Assembly (NCBI GenBank): GCA_964529435.1
Contig: CAZGUT010000004.1
Coordinates: 51,765 to 91,764 of the forward strand
Direction: 5' to 3'
Source of the DNA: an uncultured Candidatus Peribacteria bacterium
GTDB taxonomy: Bacteria > Patescibacteriota > Gracilibacteria > UBA1369 > 2-02-FULL-48-14
DNA: 40,000 nt
The translations under genes and the position numbers were made by a program. A model generated the notes under the pieces. That model saw nothing but the letters and a program-made list of their open reading frames with translations, did not search any database and was not told the origin of the DNA. This document shows, piece after piece, positions 9,102 through 19,010 of this stretch; the stretch's first letter is position 1; the number at the start of each line of letters is the position of its first letter.

Positions 9102-10754
9102 ATGAAAAAAATGAAAAAATTTATCGGGAAACACAGAAGAATAATTGACGCATATCTGCTCATAAAATTAGTTTCACTCTGCCTTCTTGCAGTAATCCCT
9201 TTCAGCGCAGCCGTTTCAGAAGATGAGATTTACGCACTTGAAATTGAATCTGACAACGCAGTTTACGGCATAGTCGACCAAATTTACTTAGGCCCACTAG
9301 ACGAAACCTTGGAGGAAGAAGCCCAAATCCAATTCACATATGAAAACTCTGATGTCTCTAACTTCGACGAAAGCACCCTAGCCGTTTACAAATATGACTT
9401 TGACAACGAAATGTGGGAACACATCGGTGGGGAAGTGGATACAGACGAAAACACAGTAACGGCAACAATCACAGAAACCGGCCAATACGCAATGGCTCCT
9501 GCTGTCCCATCTGGAACGATAACTTTTGAAGACGACGACATAACTCTCACTTTTGATGGCTCAGAATCAGTAGAAATAGAAACCGAAAATATTTATAACA
9601 ACGACGACACAGAAATCGCAGATGATGAAGTCTTCACAATCACAGCAAGCAACGGTTCCATCACAGAAGGTGATGAAATCGAATCAGAAGACGGAAAACT
9701 TAGTTTCACATTCCAAACAAATGGGATCGCCTTGGACACGGAAATCACAGTCACAAGTGAACACGCAGAAGCCACCGGCACACTCACAATCACAGCTGAA
9801 GACGCCGGCGATCCAGACGAACCGGAAGGCCTTGAATATATTGATGGGCCCGAAGCAGTCTTCATCAACTGGGATGCAAACACAGAAGAAGACCTGGAAG
9901 GCTATCTCATTTACTACCGTGAAGAAGGCTCAGACGACTGGAACGGAGATGCAACTGATGAACTTGCTTCCCCAATTGAAGTCTTAGCAGGGACAAGTTA
10001 TTACCAACTCCGCCTGGACGACTACACCAATTATGAAGTGGCATTGAAAGCCGTGGACATGGCTGGCAACACCAGCGGCTACTCAGACACAATTTCTTTC
10101 ACAACCGAATATTTAACAAACTTTACAGTTCCAGAAGCAGAAGATGACTCAAGTACCCCACCCGAAGGCGACACAGAATACGAATTCTCAGACATCGCAG
10201 ACCACTGGGCAAAAGAATACATTGAATTCCTCGCGAGTTACGGAATCATCGCAGGTTACGACGACAACACTTTCCGCCCAGATAACGAAATCAACCGCGC
10301 AGAAGCACTCAAAATCTTAATGGGCGCAACCGGTTATGACTCAGATTACGCAAGTAACTACTATGAATATTACGGCCTTGTAAGCTCCGGCCTCACGGAT
10401 GTTGAGTCAGGCGCTTGGTATGAATTCTACGTAGATATGGCAGTTTCTATTGGAGTTGTTGGCGGATACTCAGACGGAACTTTCAAACCAGCCCAAAGCA
10501 TCACCCGCGCCGAATATATAAAGATGCTTGGCATCATAATCCAAACCTACAACTACACTCTTGAATTCTCAACGGATGCAGGAGAACCATTTGATGACGT
10601 AAATGACGATGACTGGTTTGCCCCTTATGTCGTTTACTTCTACAACAACGACATCATCTCCGGCTACGATGAAACCACTTTTGCACCAGGCAACGCAATA
10701 ACCCGTGCCGAAGCAGCCAAAATCCTACACGGGGCAGTAATGCTAACTTATTAG
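9102..10754 (+). CDS. Cell-surface protein with fibronectin type III domain and three C-terminal SLH domains
   Basis: N-terminal signal/anchor. FN3-like PEGLEYIDGPEAVFINWDAN...YEVALKAVDMAGNTSGYSDTISFTT (nt ~9813-10106). Three SLH repeats lie at nt ~10185-10736: FSDIADHWAKEYIEFLASYGIIAGYDDNTFRPDNEINRAEALKIL, LTDVESGAWYEFYVDMAVSIGVVGGYSDGTFKPAQSITRAEYIKML and FDDVNDDDWFAPYVVYFYNNDIISGYDETTFAPGNAITRAEAAKIL. Starts 1 nt after the upstream stop. Confidence 0.85.
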   Translation: MKKMKKFIGKHRRIIDAYLLIKLVSLCLLAVIPFSAAVSEDEIYALEIESDNAVYGIVDQIYLGPLDETLEEEAQIQFTYENSDVSNFDESTLAVYKYDFDNEMWEHIGGEVDTDENTVTATITETGQYAMAPAVPSGTITFEDDDITLTFDGSESVEIETENIYNNDDTEIADDEVFTITASNGSITEGDEIESEDGKLSFTFQTNGIALDTEITVTSEHAEATGTLTITAEDAGDPDEPEGLEYIDGPEAVFINWDANTEEDLEGYLIYYREEGSDDWNGDATDELASPIEVLAGTSYYQLRLDDYTNYEVALKAVDMAGNTSGYSDTISFTTEYLTNFTVPEAEDDSSTPPEGDTEYEFSDIADHWAKEYIEFLASYGIIAGYDDNTFRPDNEINRAEALKILMGATGYDSDYASNYYEYYGLVSSGLTDVESGAWYEFYVDMAVSIGVVGGYSDGTFKPAQSITRAEYIKMLGIIIQTYNYTLEFSTDAGEPFDDVNDDDWFAPYVVYFYNNDIISGYDETTFAPGNAITRAEAAKILHGAVMLTY

Positions 10755-11443
10755 CTCTCCACAATAATTCTCTCAGCCAAAACTCCTGCAATTCTAAGGT
10801 CTGTAACGTTTCTTAAACGTGGATCATTTTCTGGTAGTTTCACAAGACGACACCCCGTAATCTCTGCAGGTGTATTCCCTCTAACCATCATTTCTCCACC
10901 TTCGCCAAAAGTCACATAACAATACTCCCAAGACTTTCCAGGAAAGTTCATCCGCACAATCGGACCAGATGAAAATGCTTGCACGTTAAGCGCAGGAGTG
11001 GCTCGGAGAATTTCAAAAAAGGCCCGCACTCTACAATCTTCAAGACTTCCAGTAAGCTCCCTAACACGCCTACCACCTTCTAAACTTCCATCACAAAACC
11101 AACTTGCTGTGAAATTAGGGCCATCAAGTTTCTGAGAAGTAAGGTGCCAAACAGGAAGCTCCACAACACCACTCGGCGTATCAGGCGTCACACATGGGTC
11201 CTCATCAAAAGATAAAACCTCATGTCCACTATACGTAGGTTCAGAATATCCAAACAACTGTGCAAACCGTTCAGGGTCAACGCCATATTTGTCTCTGAAA
11301 AAAGTACGTGCCTTCATAAGATCCAATACAGTTCTAGACTCACCAGGCATAGAAATAACTAACCCAGTATTAACGCCTTTCTCAACATCATGGTTGTGGG
11401 CATAACGCCTCGCACGAAAAATATCTAAAGGAGATACTGGCAT
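10751..11443 (-). CDS. Hypothetical protein (230 aa)
   Basis: Only long ORF here, ATG start. Convergent 4-nt stop overlap with the SLH gene. No motif recognised. Confidence 0.55.
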   Translation of the reverse strand: MPVSPLDIFRARRYAHNHDVEKGVNTGLVISMPGESRTVLDLMKARTFFRDKYGVDPERFAQLFGYSEPTYSGHEVLSFDEDPCVTPDTPSGVVELPVWHLTSQKLDGPNFTASWFCDGSLEGGRRVRELTGSLEDCRVRAFFEILRATPALNVQAFSSGPIVRMNFPGKSWEYCYVTFGEGGEMMVRGNTPAEITGCRLVKLPENDPRLRNVTDLRIAGVLAERIIVES

Positions 11444-11487
11444 ACTCTAAAAATTAAACAAGAAGCACTTATACCACACCTCTTCCT

Positions 11488-13542
11488 TTATGCCAACACC
11501 GCTTTCACCCTCCGCACTCCCGCACTGGAAGACTGCTCTTTCACAATCTTAAATTTTCCAAGCTCTCCAGTCCGCTCAGCATGCGGCCCACCACAAATCT
11601 CTTTTGAAAAATCACCCATCAAATAGACCTTAACTTTGCCACCCAAATCATTTTCATACTTGTCTACAAAAATCCCAGTCGCTTTTAACTTCTTTGCATC
11701 TTCAACTGTCATCTCCTGCCACTCAATCTCCAAATCCGCTTCAATCATCTCATTCACAAGCTCTTCCACTTTCGCAAGATCCTCCTTCTTAACTTTCTCC
11801 GGATGTGAAAAATCAAACCGCAGCCGCTCACCATTTATATTCGACCCACGCTGTTTAACGTGATCACCCAAAATCTGTCGCAAGGCCTCCAACATCAAAT
11901 GCGCAGCCGTATGTAATCTCTTAGTTGCTTCTCCATGATCCGCCAAACCACCCGCAAACTTCTGCTCACTTCCAGCCCGTGACTTCTCCTGATGCGCTTC
12001 AAACGCCTTACAAAATCCTTCTTCATCGACTTCAATTCCACGCTCTCCAAAAATCTCCACAGTCATCTCAAGCGGAAATCCATAACTCTCAAAATAATAA
12101 AACGCCCGATCCCCACGCAGCCGCCAACAAGTCTCAAGCATTTTCTCAGCCTTTGCACGTACCTCTTTCATCTCAGTATCACCCAAATCTTTTTGTGCCG
12201 CCTTCCCTTTAAATTCCCCCCTCAACTTTCCAAGCACCGGCCGCAAATTTTTATTAAAACACGCCAGCACTTCCTTATCACTCACAACCTGCGACACCGC
12301 ATTCAGCGCCATCTCAATCCGCGCCACTTTACTCTCTTCAAGCAAAATCTGCAGTGCCTCTTGCACCCGCTCAATATCCTTCGCAATCTCCGCCTCACCC
12401 TTAGCCAGTGTCTTGCCAAACTTCTTCTCCTCCGTCTCCAACGCCCCCACAATTCTCTTTTCACGTTTCACAAGCTCCGGATAATCATCACCATAAATCC
12501 CAATAAAAAGCCGCGCCAACTGCACAGTAAAGTCACCGTCAATCCCAAGCTTCCTTCCATGCCGGATAGCCCGCCGAACCAATTTCCGCAGCACATACCC
12601 CTGATCACAATTCGACGGTGTCACCCCATGCTCATCACCCAAAATGAAAGTCGCCGCCCGCAAATGATCCGCAATAATCCGTTCACTCATCTTATCCATC
12701 TCCGCATCGTCCGTCCCAACCGCCAAGTCCCGAATCCGCCCCATCACATCTGCAAAAAGATCGGTCTCATAATGCGTTTCCGCCCCATTCAAAATCGCCA
12801 TCACACGCTCAAACCCCATTCCAGTATCCACATTTTTCTGCTCCAATGGCGAATAACTTCCATCGTCCTCCTTGAAATACTCCATGAAAACATCATTCCA
12901 AATCTCCACCCACGGCGTGTCGTCATCCGACGGCTCCGTATCCCACATCTTGCCCAAATCCTCACCAGTAAAATAAAACATCTCAGTGTCCGGCCCACAC
13001 GGCCCAGTCTGCCCAGCCGGCCCCCACCAATTCTCCTTTTTGTCGTAGAAAAATATTCTCTGCCCCTGCCCATTCTTAGCCTCATCTGCCAACACAAACC
13101 CAAGCTCCTTCCAAACCCGCGCAGACTCCTCATCTCGCGGTGCATCATCATCCCCCGCAAAACAACTCACACACAACCGCTCCGGATCCAAACCAAGCCC
13201 ACACGCCTTATCCGTCAAAAACTCATAGCTCATCTTAATCGCCTTCTCTTTAAAGTAATCCCCAAGCGACCAATTCCCCAACATCTCAAAAAACGTCAAA
13301 TGCGTCGCGTCGCCAACCTCATCCACATCATCCGTCCGCAAACATTTCTGCACATTCACAAGCCGCGTCCCCATCGGATGAGACTCACCTACAAGATACG
13401 GCACCAGCGGATGCATCCCCGCCGTCGTAAAAAGCACGGTCGGATCATTCTCAGGCAACAAACTCGCACCTGAAATTTCCTTATGCCCATGCTTCTCAAC
13501 AAAGAAGTCAATGTAGCGCCGACGAAGTTCAGAAGCTTTCAT
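11488..13542 (-). CDS. alaS: Alanine--tRNA ligase, short form lacking the C-Ala domain
   Basis: MKASELRRRYIDFFVEKHGHKEISGASLLPENDPTVLFTTAGMHPLVPYL class II AlaRS N-terminus. Editing-domain motifs HTAAHLMLEAL and CGGPHAERTGELGKFKIV are present. The protein stops just after GVRRVKAV. Confidence 0.93.
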   Translation of the reverse strand: MKASELRRRYIDFFVEKHGHKEISGASLLPENDPTVLFTTAGMHPLVPYLVGESHPMGTRLVNVQKCLRTDDVDEVGDATHLTFFEMLGNWSLGDYFKEKAIKMSYEFLTDKACGLGLDPERLCVSCFAGDDDAPRDEESARVWKELGFVLADEAKNGQGQRIFFYDKKENWWGPAGQTGPCGPDTEMFYFTGEDLGKMWDTEPSDDDTPWVEIWNDVFMEYFKEDDGSYSPLEQKNVDTGMGFERVMAILNGAETHYETDLFADVMGRIRDLAVGTDDAEMDKMSERIIADHLRAATFILGDEHGVTPSNCDQGYVLRKLVRRAIRHGRKLGIDGDFTVQLARLFIGIYGDDYPELVKREKRIVGALETEEKKFGKTLAKGEAEIAKDIERVQEALQILLEESKVARIEMALNAVSQVVSDKEVLACFNKNLRPVLGKLRGEFKGKAAQKDLGDTEMKEVRAKAEKMLETCWRLRGDRAFYYFESYGFPLEMTVEIFGERGIEVDEEGFCKAFEAHQEKSRAGSEQKFAGGLADHGEATKRLHTAAHLMLEALRQILGDHVKQRGSNINGERLRFDFSHPEKVKKEDLAKVEELVNEMIEADLEIEWQEMTVEDAKKLKATGIFVDKYENDLGGKVKVYLMGDFSKEICGGPHAERTGELGKFKIVKEQSSSAGVRRVKAVLA

Positions 13543-13607
13543 AAAAAAGGCTATTTCCAGGTCAGCATTCTAGCACGCCCAGGGCAAAAGGGTAAAGTTT
13601 TCTAATG

Positions 13608-14063
13608 TCACTTCTCCTCATTTCCACTCGCCTGGAGCGCCTCCTGACAACTCGTTTCATCATCAACCCACATAAATCTTCCATCAGGGATGCTAACACA
13701 AGAATCATAATAACCGCCTTCACGACGAACAGCATCTATCCGCTTATCTTTTGGATCCCAGTCCTCACAATCAACTACTCCCAGGGCAATGGTATTTTTT
13801 CCAGCTACACGTGTTCCATCCTCAGCTTGAGGGCAAGACCCCAATGCTCTTTCAATGCGTCTTTCTGTGGCAGCTGCAATCTCCTCTTGAGAAAATTCCT
13901 CAGGAGCTTCACGTGTCACAAATGCCTCATCTTTATCTTCCACAGGCACCTTATCTTCTACAGCTACTTCCACAGGTGGAGGGGGAGGTGCAGGCACATC
14001 CTCTGTCCCAGGATTACAAGCCCCAAGCCACACCAGTGTCCCAAATGTTTTTCCTAATTCCAT
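13608..14063 (-). CDS. Putative lipoprotein with poly-Pro/acidic linker
   Basis: MELGKTFGTLVWLGAC has a lipobox-like LGAC. This is followed by PAPPPPPVEVAVEDKVPVEDKDE and a 4-Cys domain. The ATG at 14063 is preferred over the GTG at 14084. Confidence 0.5.
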   Translation of the reverse strand: MELGKTFGTLVWLGACNPGTEDVPAPPPPPVEVAVEDKVPVEDKDEAFVTREAPEEFSQEEIAAATERRIERALGSCPQAEDGTRVAGKNTIALGVVDCEDWDPKDKRIDAVRREGGYYDSCVSIPDGRFMWVDDETSCQEALQASGNEEK

Positions 14064-14318
14064 AAGCAAATTTAAGAAAGGCACGCAGTATAGGACAATT
14101 TCGGTAAACAGTCAAGCGGCACGGCAGTCGAAAAACTACAGCTGAAAAAATCAAATCCTCCCACACCATCTCTAAAAATCCTGTCACGCCAAAAGCGCTT
14201 ATTCAAGCCATTTTCACCTGTTTCAACCTGGACGCAACCTGTCCAACAGGGTAAAATCTAAGCGTACACTCACCCCATATACCTTCGTATAAATTCTACT
14301 CCCTAATCCCCCACAATA

Positions 14319-15293
14319 ATGAAAACATCAAACACATTAAAAACACTTTCCGACAGTGAACTTTACCGAAAAGCTCAAAAATACGGCTCAAACACATTGA
14401 TGTGGAAACGCAAATTTACAGGTCTACTGCCTGAAATTTATAGCCGTGGTCTTTATCGAAAACACGGAATTGCCTCAATTCACGAATTTGCCGCAAAATT
14501 AGCAGGGATGAGCCAAGTTTCTGTGGACAGGATTTTACGTCTTTCCAAGAAACTTAAAGACAAACCAGCTTTAAAAGCACAACTAGAAACAGGGGCACAA
14601 GGTTGGTCAAAAATTGAAAAAGTAGCTTGTATTGCTACTCCGGAAACAGATGAAAAATGGGCGGGAAAAGTTGAAATACTCTCATTACACGCTTTGGGTG
14701 CTTATGTGCAGGGAATGAGAAAAAATGTCGTCGACGACATATTAAAAAACAAAGAAAAAAGCACGCAAGAATCAGAAAGAGAAAACCCTGAACAAATTCA
14801 ACAATGGGAGAAAATAACGTTCAACGTATCCCCGGAAACAAAACAAATGCTAAGGATTTTTAAGGAAGAACATGGATGTTTGACTTTAGATGAAGCTCTT
14901 CAAAAGCTACTCAAAAATGAACAGAACAAAAAAGCAAAAATAACAATTCAGGTCTGTCCAGATTGCGCGGAGAAGAAAGCTGAAAAACTCACGAACAGCC
15001 GACACATCCCTGTAGACGTACGCCGGATGATTTATGCAAAATACAAAGGGGTCTGTGCTTTTCCAGGTTGCAAACATGCGGCAACATCACTTCATCACAC
15101 CAAAAGATTTGCACTATATCCAAAACACGAACACATCGTGCCACTCTGCGATGGGCACGAACAACTGGCCCACGCAGGACTGATAGCAAATGAAGATGGT
15201 CCACCAGAAAATTGGAAGCTACTCGAGAGGCCCAACATTGAAGATCCAAAATTCCATATTGATCAAAGCGTGACTCACCACAGACGTGGTTAA
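14319..15293 (+). CDS. HNH endonuclease domain protein with N-terminal HTH-like region
   Basis: C-terminal CAFPGCKHAATSLHHTKRFALYPKHEHIVPLCDGHEQLAH (Cys pair plus HNH-type His/Asn core). N-terminal IHEFAAKLAGMSQVSVDRILRL is helix-turn-helix-like. Confidence 0.75.
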   Translation: MKTSNTLKTLSDSELYRKAQKYGSNTLMWKRKFTGLLPEIYSRGLYRKHGIASIHEFAAKLAGMSQVSVDRILRLSKKLKDKPALKAQLETGAQGWSKIEKVACIATPETDEKWAGKVEILSLHALGAYVQGMRKNVVDDILKNKEKSTQESERENPEQIQQWEKITFNVSPETKQMLRIFKEEHGCLTLDEALQKLLKNEQNKKAKITIQVCPDCAEKKAEKLTNSRHIPVDVRRMIYAKYKGVCAFPGCKHAATSLHHTKRFALYPKHEHIVPLCDGHEQLAHAGLIANEDGPPENWKLLERPNIEDPKFHIDQSVTHHRRG

Positions 15294-15371
15294 CACTGAA
15301 CGCGACCCTCCACTTATGCTACAATACGCCCACTCGTACGCGCTTTTTGCCCGACACTACCCTTCATCCCA

Positions 15372-16832
15372 ATGACAAAAACGCTCAAACATTTTCAAGC
15401 ACTTCTCTCGGAGGGGATATTCGTCACCAGCCTAGTTATGGTTTTTGTGATGGTGAGCTTTGTGACTTTTATGCGACTGACCAGCCTTCCGAATCTAGCG
15501 GAAATCCTACCAGCGGAAGAAACCACAGCCTTCATCACTCTCAACCTGGACGACTACCTCTCTTCTACCGACAAGCCATCGCCGCTAATAAGTGAACTCC
15601 TGACCTACGAAACTTTTCTTGGCGACCATATCGCCTTCGCGCTGATAAGTGATGAAATAGTTCCACTCTTGGAAGTCGACTCAAAAAGTAGTGCCAAAGA
15701 ATTCCTAGAAACGGCACTAATAACAGATTACATTTTCCTTAAAGATTTCCTCATAACATCTCCATCCACTTCTGTCCGCGAAGCCCTAGACTCAAGCACC
15801 CAAACCGTCGAACAAACTGACTCCTACCAAAATGCCCGCGGCCGCCTCCCATACTTTTCCAGCGCTTATGCTTATGTGGATCTGCAAGCAGCCAGAATGG
15901 ATTTGGTCCGGCTCATGGGAGATGTCGGCATTTACGAGCCCGGCTATCTGGAAACAATCCTCAATATTTTCCCAGCCCTAGGCCTTTCAATCGACATGAA
16001 CCCCAGCGAATGGGACGCAGAAGTTTTCATGGCTGTCGACAAATCACAACTCAACGGTGAAGCATTTTTCAAGCACAAACTTAAATACCGCCACGAATTC
16101 TTAGGTCTCAGCTCAAACGGATATGCCTTTGAATGGGGAGGGCACGACTTAGCCGCACAACTCACGAGAACAAGTGAACTCCTCGCAATTCTGAATGAAA
16201 GCGCCTCTTTGGCATTTGATGGTGGAGTAAAAGAATACATATCATCTCTTTTTGGCAGTGAATTAACCCTCGAGGAAATCTACGCAGCCCTCGGCGGAGA
16301 ATATTATCTGGGATGGACACCCAGCGAGAAACTATTACTTATCTTAGAACTTGAAGACGAAACTGCTTTCAACCAAGCTCAAAATCTCAAAGATTATTTC
16401 GCAAATAACTACACCCACACCAAAACTTATGAAACCGAAAATGGTGAAATCCGTGCGGAAATAAAAGATCTCAAAGGAACCTCGGCAAGCTACAATGACA
16501 TGAACTATTTCCGCTTTGGAACAGATGAAGAAACTTTCATTCGCATAGCAATTTCAGAAAATCATGCAATTGTGTCTACTTCCGAAGAAGAATTTTTCGC
16601 CACACTAGACAAAATTCAAACTGGACAAAATCTCCGTGACACGTCTGATCTAGGTAAGCTCCTTTCCGGTGCAGACGAAATTTCCTCACTCGACCTGGAG
16701 TTTTTTGAAGAAGGGCATATACTGAGATCGCTGCTAGACAATTTCGGCAAAATCACAGCCTCGCGCAAAATTTTTGACGACGGTGTCTACTCGCGCTACT
16801 CAATCACGCTCGAGCAAAGTGAATCCGATTAA
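15372..16832 (+). CDS. Membrane-anchored hypothetical protein (486 aa)
   Basis: Single N-terminal TM (IFVTSLVMVFVMVSFVTFM), then an acidic soluble domain. No catalytic motif recognised. Confidence 0.6.
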   Translation: MTKTLKHFQALLSEGIFVTSLVMVFVMVSFVTFMRLTSLPNLAEILPAEETTAFITLNLDDYLSSTDKPSPLISELLTYETFLGDHIAFALISDEIVPLLEVDSKSSAKEFLETALITDYIFLKDFLITSPSTSVREALDSSTQTVEQTDSYQNARGRLPYFSSAYAYVDLQAARMDLVRLMGDVGIYEPGYLETILNIFPALGLSIDMNPSEWDAEVFMAVDKSQLNGEAFFKHKLKYRHEFLGLSSNGYAFEWGGHDLAAQLTRTSELLAILNESASLAFDGGVKEYISSLFGSELTLEEIYAALGGEYYLGWTPSEKLLLILELEDETAFNQAQNLKDYFANNYTHTKTYETENGEIRAEIKDLKGTSASYNDMNYFRFGTDEETFIRIAISENHAIVSTSEEEFFATLDKIQTGQNLRDTSDLGKLLSGADEISSLDLEFFEEGHILRSLLDNFGKITASRKIFDDGVYSRYSITLEQSESD

Positions 16833-18942
16833 TCTAAACATCGGCCCAGAAGACACTCCATCAGATGACTTCCCAAAGTCATCTGCACATTTGGTGAATC
16901 TGAAAAAAACCGACAAAAGCAAAAAGAAAGCAGCCAAAAAATCCGTCTCTCTCAATCTGAAAGACGAAATCAAAAACGAACACAAAAATGCTGGACGTAT
17001 TTGCATAGTGGGAGAACTGCCAAGATCGAAGCAAGGCCTCGGCCGCGCTCCGATGATTTTAGCAGCGCTTTTGGTAGTTCTCCTTCTGAGTGCAGGGCAG
17101 GTGATGTTCCTCGGCAAAAAGGAAGGCGGCGAAGCCCTGGCTCTCGCAAGTGAAGCCTTTTTGTCTCTACAAGGAGCAAGCCAATCTTTTCTCCAAGGTG
17201 ACGCCGCAGACGACTTCACACTTTTTAACGACGCAGAAGAATTGTTTCAAGAAGCAGAAGCCAAAGGTGCATTTCTACTTAATCATCAATCAAAGTGGCT
17301 AACCGAACCAAGCAAAGTTCACAGCCTCCGTAACATCTTAAATGCCGGTGAACTCATGGCTGAAGTAGGTCAACACATCACAAATTCCAGAACCCAACTG
17401 ATGGACATGCCTGCAGACGGTTCCCTCACAGAATATCTAAAAGCCATCTCAACCGAACAGCTTGAACCCGCAGCACAAAAACTCGATCAAATTGAAACCC
17501 TTCTAGATGAAACAGATCTTTCCGGCACTGGCTACGAAGAAAAATTCTACGACTATCGTGAAAAACTCAGCACCCTCTCAGATCTTTTTGACCTCTGGAT
17601 TTCTGCAAAAGACCCCGTTTTTTCCGCTCTCGGTGACCGCTACCCCCAACACTACCTCATACTTCTGATGAACAACGACGAAATTCGTCTCGGCGGAGGA
17701 TTCATTGGCTCTCTCGCAATCGCTGAAATCAATGACGGCCGTCTCACAGAACTAGACTTCCATGACGTTTACGAATTCGACAACCAATTCCACGGAAAAA
17801 TTGAATTCCCAGTCCACGAACTCCGCCAGCTCGCACCATACTGGTGCCTGCGTGACAGCAATATTTCACCAGACTTCCCAACAACAGCCGAGCACGCAAT
17901 TCGCTTCTTAGATCTTGAAGGTGGCCCAGGTGTAGACGGCGTAATCGCCATCAACCTCTCCGCAGCTCAAGCAATGATGGAAGAACTCGGCGAAGTCTCA
18001 ATTCCATCCCTCAGCAAAGCACTCACCGCAGAAACTCTCCCAGCCGTTCTCAGCACTTTAGTCGAAGCAAAAGTCTCCGGCACAACAACACCAAAAGACA
18101 TCCTTGCAGAACTCATCGACTCCTTCATGGCATCTCTAGACAGCATGGAAGTGAAAGCAAAAATCGGCATGCGCATTCTTGAGGAAATCGATAAAAAACA
18201 AGTCCTCATCTACCACCGCAACGACTCCATCCAAAACCTCATCACATCCCTCGGCCTAGACGCATCAATCCCACAACTCGGCAATATAAACTCCTCCTCC
18301 GTCGGAGTAGAAACAGACTTCTTCCTCCCTGCATTCACGAACATTGGCGGTAACAAAACAGACCGCTACATCCAGACCCAAATCCAACATGACACCCAAA
18401 TCCTAGCCGACGGCACAATCCTCAACGCAGCCACACTGACCCGCACGCACACCTTCAACGCAGCTGCCTCCGCATGGCTAAAATCTGCAGCCGCCTCTTA
18501 CGGCTTCACCAACTGGACACCTGAACTTGAACGCATCCTCGGCGACGACGACAACCACACAGGCATCCGCCTCTACATCCCGGAAGGCAGCCAAATCCTT
18601 GAAACCTCCGGCATCCATCGTGATGATCTCCAATTCTTTTACGACGAAGAACAAGACATCTCTTACTACTACTTAGACCAAATCATCCCAACAGACAGCA
18701 CGGAGTCCTTCACCGTGATCTATTCTCTCCCATGGAAATTCCAGGGTGAATTCCAAGAATACGAATTCGATCTTTTCAAACAGCCCGGCCTCAAATCCAT
18801 CACTTACGAAAAAACTGTCACAGCCCCAAATGACATCATGCTCTCCTCAGAACCACTCGCCACCGAATTCATAGAAAACACAGACTACACCCTCAGCGGC
18901 AGTCTGGGTGGGGATGTAAACATCAAAGTCCTCTACCGCTAA
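16774..18942 (+). CDS. DUF4012-like membrane-anchored protein
   Basis: Lys-rich N-terminal tail, one TM (MILAALLVVLLLSAGQVMFLG), and the core YLILLMNNDEIRLGGGFIGSLAIAEINDGRLTELDF. That core resembles the DUF4012 signature (QN..E.R..GG..G). The start is uncertain; a GTG at 16819 would reduce the overlap with the upstream gene from 59 to 14 nt. Confidence 0.6.
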   Translation: MTTVSTRATQSRSSKVNPINLNIGPEDTPSDDFPKSSAHLVNLKKTDKSKKKAAKKSVSLNLKDEIKNEHKNAGRICIVGELPRSKQGLGRAPMILAALLVVLLLSAGQVMFLGKKEGGEALALASEAFLSLQGASQSFLQGDAADDFTLFNDAEELFQEAEAKGAFLLNHQSKWLTEPSKVHSLRNILNAGELMAEVGQHITNSRTQLMDMPADGSLTEYLKAISTEQLEPAAQKLDQIETLLDETDLSGTGYEEKFYDYREKLSTLSDLFDLWISAKDPVFSALGDRYPQHYLILLMNNDEIRLGGGFIGSLAIAEINDGRLTELDFHDVYEFDNQFHGKIEFPVHELRQLAPYWCLRDSNISPDFPTTAEHAIRFLDLEGGPGVDGVIAINLSAAQAMMEELGEVSIPSLSKALTAETLPAVLSTLVEAKVSGTTTPKDILAELIDSFMASLDSMEVKAKIGMRILEEIDKKQVLIYHRNDSIQNLITSLGLDASIPQLGNINSSSVGVETDFFLPAFTNIGGNKTDRYIQTQIQHDTQILADGTILNAATLTRTHTFNAAASAWLKSAAASYGFTNWTPELERILGDDDNHTGIRLYIPEGSQILETSGIHRDDLQFFYDEEQDISYYYLDQIIPTDSTESFTVIYSLPWKFQGEFQEYEFDLFKQPGLKSITYEKTVTAPNDIMLSSEPLATEFIENTDYTLSGSLGGDVNIKVLYR

Positions 18943-19010
18943 GCAAACATTTGCCTTTGTGTCCCAAAATGGTGTAGGCTGCGGTCTTCTTAAATGCAAA
19001 ATATTTCACC

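Noticed and set aside
11992-13473. 493-aa ORF on the + strand
   Set aside because: It is entirely antisense to the well-supported alaS gene. The translation is low-complexity (Pro/Leu/His/Arg/Ile-rich) with no motifs, a typical shadow ORF of a gene whose sense strand is poor in the complementary stop triplets.
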